This document shows positions 52,940 through 60,236 of a DNA stretch of 64,000 nucleotides, piece after piece. This DNA is from a virus. The first letter of the stretch is position 1, and each line of letters starts with the position of its first letter. The notes under the pieces are model-generated. The model saw only the letters and a list, made by a program, of their open reading frames with translations, was not told where the DNA came from and did no database searches. Location of the stretch: positions 26,301 through 90,300 of IMG/VR virus record IMGVR_UViG_3300006793_000018. The stretch is one strand, 5' to 3'. Made by a program: the position numbers and the translations under genes.

Positions 52940-54547
52940 TCACATCGGAGATTTTGCGCCTTCAGGATTCATGCGAATGACATCATCAATTCGCAAGATC
53001 ATAATCGCCGCTTCTGTTGCAGAAGTCAAGGCTTGAGTGTGCAAAGACAAAGGCTCAACCAATCCGGTTTGACGGGCATGGGATGGTGTTTCTGCGTTTT
53101 CGATATTGATATGCCATGGCTCACCAGGTCCGGTGGCGTGGTAATGCAGCAAAGATGAACGTGCATCAACTGGGTCTAATCCCGCATTTTCTGCAATGGA
53201 CTCAGGAATTGACATCAATGCTTCACGATATGCTTCGATAGCCATTCCGACTCTCCCGTTGCCGTGCTTTCGATCCATCTCGTCAACCGACAGTGATCCG
53301 TACAAGTGTGCATGAGTGGCTCCTCCTCCAGGGAGAACCTCTTCATTCCAAGCAAGCCAGCATACCCCAACCGCGTCTTCGAGGGCGCGTTCAATCTCCT
53401 CTGCCACATGGCGAGTTGCCCCACTTGCAATGATAGTTGCATGAGTTTGGTATTTGCTTGATCTCGCCGTGATGAATACCAATTCATTATCGAACTTCTC
53501 GTTTAGATGGTAATCTCCACGGCCCAAGTTATCCTTTCCAATTGGCTGCGATAGCGATGAAACGATGGTTCCACCTGTTTCTTTAGCGAGCGATACCAAA
53601 GAAGACTTTTGCACATTGTCGATCACAACAATTCCCCCTTTCAAGAGATAATGCAAAGCCAAGTCGTCCACCTTCTTTTGGGTGAAAACCACTTCTGCCT
53701 TTGATTCGATGATCTTATCGACCATCTCTTTGATAGCATCCTCTTCCTGTTGCAAGAAAGAAGCCACTTGATCTGGAGAGGTGATTTGAACCTGAGCATC
53801 CATTTTGGTATCCCTTGGCTCAATTCCTGTATCCAAAAGGAGAATTGGAGCGTCTAAGATGTCTTTCTTCATGGAAGGATTGCACAATGGCCTCTCCACC
53901 ACAACACCACTGACAAGCATCGTGTCGAGTTCCCCCTTCCCGCTGGCTGAGAGGATTTGGATGTCTTCAAAAGATTCGACCGCTTGTACCGCTCGATCAC
54001 AGATGTCCACTAAGAAAGACCGAATCCCCTCAGCAGATTTGCCCGTTAAAGACGTTGAAGCGGCGGCTTTGTGCTTTTCTTGGAGTTCTTTCAGTTGAAT
54101 GTCTTTTGTCTTGACCCATTCCTTCAACTCTTTGACACAATAATCACGCGCCATGCGGTATCCTTTGATGATCGTAGTGGGGTGGATATTCTTGTCAAGG
54201 AGCCGTTCTGCCTCAGCCAATAATGCGCCAGCCAATACTACCGCAGAAGTTGTACCATCGAAACACTTGTCTTCTTGTGTCTTGGCGACCTCAACAATCA
54301 TCTTGGCCGCAGGATGTTCAATCCCGATCTCCCGCAGAATGGATACACCATCGTTCGTGATTAGGATATTCCCCGCAGGGTCGATCAACATCTTGTCCAT
54401 TCCAAGAGGTCCGAGAGTTGAGCGGATTGCATCTGCAACTGCCTTCGCTGCTCCAATGTTTCCTCGTTGAGCGGCTGAACCATTGGTCTGTTGCGTTCCA
54501 TTCTTCATGATATACACGGGTTGTTGTGAATTGCCTTGGGGTTGCAT
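52940..54547 (-). CDS. ths: Group II chaperonin (thermosome subunit)
   Basis: STLGPLGMDKM, ITNDG, HPAAKM, DGTTS, EIERALEDA, PGGGA, LRIDD. Confidence 0.96.
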   Translation of the reverse strand: MQPQGNSQQPVYIMKNGTQQTNGSAAQRGNIGAAKAVADAIRSTLGPLGMDKMLIDPAGNILITNDGVSILREIGIEHPAAKMIVEVAKTQEDKCFDGTTSAVVLAGALLAEAERLLDKNIHPTTIIKGYRMARDYCVKELKEWVKTKDIQLKELQEKHKAAASTSLTGKSAEGIRSFLVDICDRAVQAVESFEDIQILSASGKGELDTMLVSGVVVERPLCNPSMKKDILDAPILLLDTGIEPRDTKMDAQVQITSPDQVASFLQQEEDAIKEMVDKIIESKAEVVFTQKKVDDLALHYLLKGGIVVIDNVQKSSLVSLAKETGGTIVSSLSQPIGKDNLGRGDYHLNEKFDNELVFITARSSKYQTHATIIASGATRHVAEEIERALEDAVGVCWLAWNEEVLPGGGATHAHLYGSLSVDEMDRKHGNGRVGMAIEAYREALMSIPESIAENAGLDPVDARSSLLHYHATGPGEPWHINIENAETPSHARQTGLVEPLSLHTQALTSATEAAIMILRIDDVIRMNPEGAKSPM

Positions 54548-54574
54548 GGAATCACCGTATCGGTGTCGCCCTTA

Positions 54575-54859
54575 TCAATCCTCACAACTATCTGGGCCGT
54601 GCTGATGACAGTATGTGTGGTCATCATGATCAGAGCGCATCTCATCAGGGTCGCAATCAATACAAAGGACAACGCCACAATGATGGCACTCATGAACATC
54701 GGAGAATGTACCACATTTAGAGCATCCAGATTCTTCTTGAGGCATTTGATCTTGGAGGTGTTCCGCCGCATCGTAATATGCAGGGCATGTACCTCGGTGT
54801 GAACCGCCACATTTCCCGCATTCATGTCCACCGTAACGCCCCATGTTCATTCCTCCCAA
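54575..54859 (-). CDS. Cys/His-rich Zn-finger protein
   Basis: CGKC..H..C, CSKC, CHHC, CIDC, YCHQH. Confidence 0.6.
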   Translation of the reverse strand: MGGMNMGRYGGHECGKCGGSHRGTCPAYYDAAEHLQDQMPQEESGCSKCGTFSDVHECHHCGVVLCIDCDPDEMRSDHDDHTYCHQHGPDSCED

Positions 54860-55314
54860 AGAGTTGCTATGAAGTTCTCCATGCTATCACAGTAAAAGTC
54901 CACATATTTTTTGCCACTGAAATGGTGTTCTTTGATTGAAGACCAAATGAAATCCGATGCAAGCAGCACCGAATCCTTAGTATTGTTCGAGAACCAGTTC
55001 ATCCCGTAAGCCAAAGCATCGTGAAGTTCCATACCGTGTGGGCTGTTGTCATGATCTCCTCCTGCATCAAGATCAGTGATGACCATGTGCCAGGTCGAAG
55101 ATTGTTCTTGCAAGGTGATGAGATCGAGTTCGATTGTGTTCCAATTGTTGAACTCAAGGAACGCATTCTTTGCAGGTTTATCGACGGATAATTCTGCACC
55201 GAAGTGAACAAAGTTGCCGCACCTCCAGCATTCGTTGTGGTAGCCATCGTTGTCAATAGACACGTGCCACATCTTGCCTCCGCATTGAGGACACGCCAAG
55301 ATGATCGAAGTCAT
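54847..55314 (-). CDS. Protein with N-terminal Zn ribbon
   Basis: CPQCG...CWRCG. Confidence 0.55.
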   Translation of the reverse strand: MTSIILACPQCGGKMWHVSIDNDGYHNECWRCGNFVHFGAELSVDKPAKNAFLEFNNWNTIELDLITLQEQSSTWHMVITDLDAGGDHDNSPHGMELHDALAYGMNWFSNNTKDSVLLASDFIWSSIKEHHFSGKKYVDFYCDSMENFIATLWEE

Positions 55315-55835
55315 TGGGATTCCCCCATCGATGCTATCTCATTCCATTGCAAACGCAAATCGTTGAGTTCTTGTTTCATATGCTCACGCTGAATTGGAAT
55401 CTTTGCCACGATGTAGTCCTGCTTCTCACGGCGCATGTATTCCTCCCATGTGATTTCCCCTTTTGCAAATAAATCCAAAAGATATGCACCAACGCCGCCA
55501 TTCTTGAACCAAGATGCTCTGTGAGATGCCTTGGCTTCTTTAGCAATCTTTTGAGAATGGCTTCTTGTCATTCGGCTCCCAATCACTTTGTAGCCAAGAG
55601 AAATCTGTTCATCGATATAATCGGAATCTCCGAATCGCACCGACATAGTGACCCATGTGCGGAGATCGCCCCATCCACCACAATCGGTGCAGAAGTTGAA
55701 GATGTTGTCCCAACCTTCTTGCCCCAATGCCGCTTTGTCTTCCCTCCATCCTGTGATGATCTTCATGGCTTCTGCTCTGGAGAGCAAGAACTCGTTCGTC
55801 CCACAGCCAGCACAAACCATTCCCTTTGGAATCAT
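55311..55835 (-). CDS. Protein with N-terminal Zn ribbon
   Basis: CAGCG...CTDCG. Confidence 0.55.
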   Translation of the reverse strand: MIPKGMVCAGCGTNEFLLSRAEAMKIITGWREDKAALGQEGWDNIFNFCTDCGGWGDLRTWVTMSVRFGDSDYIDEQISLGYKVIGSRMTRSHSQKIAKEAKASHRASWFKNGGVGAYLLDLFAKGEITWEEYMRREKQDYIVAKIPIQREHMKQELNDLRLQWNEIASMGESQ

Positions 55836-56161
55836 TCAAAATCCTCCATTGACTTTCTCAAGTCCTTTGCTCGTTGAATGACAGGGAAAGCGCATTCCGC
55901 TTGAGCGAACTTTTGACCCACTTCGAGAAGAGGGCCGATGATGGTTTCACCCGATCCCCATTCGCCGCGTTCGAGGTATTCCTTCCCATCTTCCGAAGTC
56001 ATCTTTCTCATCCAAGGAATCGAAAAGACACAGGCTTCAATCGTCGTGAGTATCTCTGTACCGAACTGGCAGCGCATGATGACTTTCTTACCAACATCTT
56101 CCATTGTCCACTTGCGGGTGGTTCCTGCTTGTATTACTTCGGGCTTGTCTTCCTTACTCAT
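55832..56161 (-). CDS. Hypothetical protein
   Basis: Coupled ORF, SD GAGGTGA. Confidence 0.5.
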   Translation of the reverse strand: MSKEDKPEVIQAGTTRKWTMEDVGKKVIMRCQFGTEILTTIEACVFSIPWMRKMTSEDGKEYLERGEWGSGETIIGPLLEVGQKFAQAECAFPVIQRAKDLRKSMEDFE

Positions 56162-56688
56162 TGTTTCACCTCAATTGTTCCCTTCCACCATGTTGGTGGC
56201 AAAGTCCGTGTCCAATACACGTTTCGCTTTGTGTGATAATACCTACGGTACGATCCAACTGGGTCGGATTCGTCCTTGAATTCATTAGGCATAGCCAAAG
56301 GAAACGGCGTGATGTCCCCTGGAGGGAGCCACTTGAAGGCGTCATGAGGGAGAGCCTCAAGCGAGGTTTGACAGGCGTGAACCTTGCCATACCTGCGGGT
56401 GTATTCCGACGCCAACTCTCGACCGTGGCAGTATCCCCACAGCCAATTTGATCGATTCGTTGCAATCCATTTGGTGCATGGGTGGTGTTGGTGGGTCAAG
56501 CCGTATGGCTTCCCTGATTTGGTGAGGAGTTGGTACTCCACGGGTGCGCCGTTCAAGATCAAACCTGCTTGGAGCATTTGATTCATCTCAAGCAACATTT
56601 TGCAAAGGCGACCGTCATCCATCGATTGAGCAGATTTGAATGGACAGGGCTGTCCCAAATCGTTCCTTTCGAGGAGCATTGCGTTCAT
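56158..56688 (-). CDS. Pyrimidine-dimer DNA glycosylase/T4 endonuclease V-related protein
   Basis: KMLLE..QML, THQHHPCTKW, NWLW, EYTRRYGKVH, PLAMP, SYRRYY, WT..PP.W. Confidence 0.75.
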   Translation of the reverse strand: MNAMLLERNDLGQPCPFKSAQSMDDGRLCKMLLEMNQMLQAGLILNGAPVEYQLLTKSGKPYGLTHQHHPCTKWIATNRSNWLWGYCHGRELASEYTRRYGKVHACQTSLEALPHDAFKWLPPGDITPFPLAMPNEFKDESDPVGSYRRYYHTKRNVYWTRTLPPTWWKGTIEVKQ

Positions 56689-57356
56689 TCATTCACCTCG
56701 ATCAATGTGTCGCAATGAGAGCAATGCAGGAAATCGGAAAGGCTCATGCACTCACCAACTGCATGGTGCAAGCAATGAGGGCAAAACGAGGAGATGAGAT
56801 CGATGTCGTTGTCTTCAACATAATCAATCGATTCAATCCTGTGTTCGGTTTTGTGATCTTCGAGGTATCCTGCTTCAAAGGATTCTGCATCAAATCCTTG
56901 GACGCCATTCCAATCGTGCCATGAAGCCATGAGTCCATTGATGACGGTATGCCCTTGAGGGATTCCGCTGTGAATCATGGAATGGAGGTAATGGGTGTTG
57001 AACATTCGATTCTCATACTCCCTGTAAGCCAATCGAATCAAACGGCGTTCGGCACGTGCTGTATCGCCAACAAAGTCGGTTTTGACATAGATCAATTGAG
57101 CGAGAGGAGTGATTTCTCCTCGCTCGTACATTCCCAACGCAACCATCTCAGAGTCGTGATAATCCTCACGGAAGATGTGGAGGTGCTTCTCTGTGATACG
57201 CATCACAGCAGGTACAAGGCTCCCTTGCAGAGCAGGTCGCATCCACATGTTATCATGATACCAATTGGCTTGTTCATCGGTCAAGGTGTCTTGCTTCACA
57301 AGATCGAGGAGTATCCATCTTGCCGTAAATTCAGTTGTTTCAGTCATCGTAATCAC
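56685..57356 (-). CDS. Hypothetical protein with C-terminal Zn ribbon
   Basis: CPHC...CSHC. Confidence 0.55.
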   Translation of the reverse strand: MITMTETTEFTARWILLDLVKQDTLTDEQANWYHDNMWMRPALQGSLVPAVMRITEKHLHIFREDYHDSEMVALGMYERGEITPLAQLIYVKTDFVGDTARAERRLIRLAYREYENRMFNTHYLHSMIHSGIPQGHTVINGLMASWHDWNGVQGFDAESFEAGYLEDHKTEHRIESIDYVEDNDIDLISSFCPHCLHHAVGECMSLSDFLHCSHCDTLIEVNE

Positions 57357-58159
57357 CAGTCCTCCTCACGTGGGAGATACATCTCCAACTCGTCAGGGGA
57401 AAATTCGTGAGGGTGAGTGCGAGCGTATTGCTCCACCACCTCAGCAGTTGTGAGGTTGGCGTGGAGAGGCTGACCCATGAGGTCATAGCCGCCAATCATG
57501 TGCTTTCGGCCACCATTCACATGTATGTGGTCGCCACAGGCGAAGCAATGGTACACATCAAAGGCAGGATGCACTGGCGCACCTGGCATCTCCTGTTCGG
57601 AGGGGTAATGGCGGATGTGTTTGATCATTTGTCGTGAACCACAACATTCGTCATTATCGCAACGGGCTTGATCGACGGAGGAGCAGCGTTCCGTGTCCTC
57701 GTATGGGTTCTCCTTCCATGGGGCCATTGTCAATTCAAGTGGGTTGCTTGCCTCCTGCTTGAGGTTGACACTGTTGAGGTCAAAGACCTTGAATTTGATC
57801 AACGATGGGAACAGAGCAGGGGTTCCCGTGACTCTTGCGCCACAGAGGTGTTCCCAAATGGTGTAGTCCTCGAAATGGATCGTTTGCCCCTCTTCAGGGT
57901 CAAGGTATGTTTCTCGGAGCGTTTCGTATGCTTCCAAGGACGAAGCGAATTCCTTCCTCATTGCGTCGTTGTGGGCTTGCCATGTCGCACGAATCCGCAG
58001 GATTCGCTCACTTTTGATCATGGAGAGAACCATTGCCGCATTCTCAGTGGCTTGAAAGAGTTCATCATCGGATGCACCGGCAAGCGACAACTCAAAGTTG
58101 CGCTTAACCAGATCATTGTTGGAGCGGATGATGTCAGTCACTTTCGACACCCCTTGCAT
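57353..58159 (-). CDS. Hypothetical Cys-containing protein
   Basis: 268 aa ORF; CDNDECC, CFAC. Confidence 0.5.
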   Translation of the reverse strand: MQGVSKVTDIIRSNNDLVKRNFELSLAGASDDELFQATENAAMVLSMIKSERILRIRATWQAHNDAMRKEFASSLEAYETLRETYLDPEEGQTIHFEDYTIWEHLCGARVTGTPALFPSLIKFKVFDLNSVNLKQEASNPLELTMAPWKENPYEDTERCSSVDQARCDNDECCGSRQMIKHIRHYPSEQEMPGAPVHPAFDVYHCFACGDHIHVNGGRKHMIGGYDLMGQPLHANLTTAEVVEQYARTHPHEFSPDELEMYLPREEDW

Positions 58160-58776
58160 GAACCATCACGGGTTCTCGCACCAACAGTTCCGCAACAGGA
58201 TGACACGCACACTTCACGCGGTTCTTCCTCAACGATTCCCTTGGGCCTTCCCTTGTAATTGCTGATACGGTTTTCGGCGGCAACGATAGCATCCTCGTTC
58301 AGTTTCGGCTTTGGCTCAACGAGGAATGGGCCATCCGTGGTGTCAACCCAAATGCCGTTCCGCTGCTCCTCTTCGGTTTGAGCCTCCCAACAGGAATTCT
58401 CGTCATCATCATCAGGAAAGTGATGCTTCATGACATCAGCGACCAGTTGAGCGCAATCTGCACAGTAGTCCAAAACATGGCAATTGATCTCAAACGCCAA
58501 TCCGTTGGTGTCAAATCCTTCTTGGCAGACAATGCATTGGTGAGCCTTGTTGGTTGTACGAACGGCACGAAGTCCTCCTTCGTACACGTACAGAGCCAGC
58601 CGTACAGAGTCCTCGTAAGAGATGCAACCATCATGAGGCTTTACGCTATCCCAGACGGCGTACAACTCAGCAACCTTGGCATCCGACATGGTTGCAAGTT
58701 CTTGCACTTCTTCCAAGTCGGGGCTGTCGCCTTCGAGATAGGCGACGATCAATTCTTCACGGAGCGAAGGATTCAT
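58138..58776 (-). CDS. Hypothetical protein with Zn-finger motifs
   Basis: CIVC, CADC, CVSSCC, CKGC. Confidence 0.5.
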   Translation of the reverse strand: MNPSLREELIVAYLEGDSPDLEEVQELATMSDAKVAELYAVWDSVKPHDGCISYEDSVRLALYVYEGGLRAVRTTNKAHQCIVCQEGFDTNGLAFEINCHVLDYCADCAQLVADVMKHHFPDDDDENSCWEAQTEEEQRNGIWVDTTDGPFLVEPKPKLNEDAIVAAENRISNYKGRPKGIVEEEPREVCVSSCCGTVGARTRDGSCKGCRK

Positions 58777-59180
58777 TGTGATTCCTCCTTTCGCCCGTAT
58801 AGGGCTTTGAAGTTCTCAACAATCTGCCCGTTGATCAAAACCGATGTTCCAAAGCGTGGGTCATTGGGATAATGAATTGCATTCAGAAGGTCGTCAATGT
58901 CCCCAAAGAGAGCGTTGAGAACCTCGTCAAGGGTACAAGCCCCGTTGTAATCAGGGAAGCGCAGGTCGCTGTCGATAATGGTCTTGGGGAGCATCTCAAC
59001 GATGCGTGAAGGGAGGGTGGATTGCTCCAACTCATCCAAAGCGGCGTTGATGTCCTTCTTGAGGTCGTCATCGATCATTGAGGACTGGGAGTCCGTGCTG
59101 AGGGTTTCCTCCAACACATTCCAGTGTTCAGTCGGTATGCAGATAATCGTGTGTTCAATCGGTTCTTCTTTGCTCATCAT
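58773..59180 (-). CDS. Hypothetical protein (start about 59180)
   Basis: SD GAGGTGA before MMSKEEP. Confidence 0.5.
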   Translation of the reverse strand: MMSKEEPIEHTIICIPTEHWNVLEETLSTDSQSSMIDDDLKKDINAALDELEQSTLPSRIVEMLPKTIIDSDLRFPDYNGACTLDEVLNALFGDIDDLLNAIHYPNDPRFGTSVLINGQIVENFKALYGRKEESQ

Positions 59181-59269
59181 AATCACCTCAGTATGGCAGG
59201 TACGATTGCTCGTCACCGCTTTCCATTCCATCGTTTCGTTCTTCGTCAGTTCGTGGGTCTTTTTGCATT

Positions 59270-59677
59270 TTATTCACTTCCTTTTTGTTTTCTGGTTGGG
59301 TAGCCTTCGTCATCAGTTCCTGAGATCGAAGGGTCAAGCGTCCAGCCGCTTGGTGTCCATAGGGGATAGTCATCATCGAGGTGATATTCGGGCATGGACT
59401 TGATGTGGGCAATCGCTTGGCTTTTGGTCGCACCGTTCTTTGGACAGGTTCCAACCACCAGATCCATCACATCTCCCCAACGATTGAGTTGGTTTCCATC
59501 AATGTCAAAGATTTCAACAACCATGACACGGTTTGAACCCCACTCCATGGAGTAGTGATGAACGCAATCATCCCACTTAATTCGGGCATAGGACATATGA
59601 CCATTCGGAGTCTTAGTGGTGGTGAGATGATAGGACTTCTCACCGTGCTTGCTGTTTCCTTGAACCATGTTAATCAT
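59270..59677 (-). CDS. Hypothetical protein
   Basis: ORF downstream of a promoter-like element; SD GGAGATGA before ATG about 59668. Confidence 0.5.
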   Translation of the reverse strand: MINMVQGNSKHGEKSYHLTTTKTPNGHMSYARIKWDDCVHHYSMEWGSNRVMVVEIFDIDGNQLNRWGDVMDLVVGTCPKNGATKSQAIAHIKSMPEYHLDDDYPLWTPSGWTLDPSISGTDDEGYPTRKQKGSE

Positions 59678-59747
59678 CTCCGCAGGATTTCATCCGAGGG
59701 GGGCTGTCTTTATGAAGATCTCCGTATTCTCTTTGACCACCATCCAT

Positions 59748-60236
59748 TCAAGCATTCCTCCTCTTTAGCATTGGATGATTCATCAAAGCGGCAAGTGGAT
59801 TGGGTTGGGCGGTGATTCTGCACCGTGGGTACTCACTGCACCCAAGGAAAGCACCGTGGCGTCCTGCACGTGTCCTGAGCGTTCCTCCACATGAGCAGGG
59901 GCGTTCCTCGAACTGAGGGTTCAACTTGTGAACTGAATCGATTCGATCAAGCAGGTTCTTCCTCCAATTCTTGGTGCGATGAACGCGCTTGCAGGGTCTG
60001 AGGAAAACATCCCCTCCAGGGCTGACAGCAACGACACGGATGGCGTCCTTGCCGACATCCCTGCCGACATCACCAGTTGCGATGGTGGAATACACACGGA
60101 CAAAGCATCCATGGTCGCCAAATCCCTGGTCGTACACGGCTTCCTTGCAGGGGTGATTGGGTTCAACTTGATCGAACCCAAGGTGTTCCATGAAGGCGTC
60201 AAATTGAGCCTTTGTGATCTCAACGAAGTTGCTCAT
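59748..60236 (-). CDS. Protein with C-terminal topoisomerase I-type C4 Zn ribbon
   Basis: CSCGGTLRTRAGRHGAFLGCSEYPRC; N-terminal VRVYSTI..GRDVGKDAIRV..KRVHRTKNW. Confidence 0.7.
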   Translation of the reverse strand: MSNFVEITKAQFDAFMEHLGFDQVEPNHPCKEAVYDQGFGDHGCFVRVYSTIATGDVGRDVGKDAIRVVAVSPGGDVFLRPCKRVHRTKNWRKNLLDRIDSVHKLNPQFEERPCSCGGTLRTRAGRHGAFLGCSEYPRCRITAQPNPLAALMNHPMLKRRNA

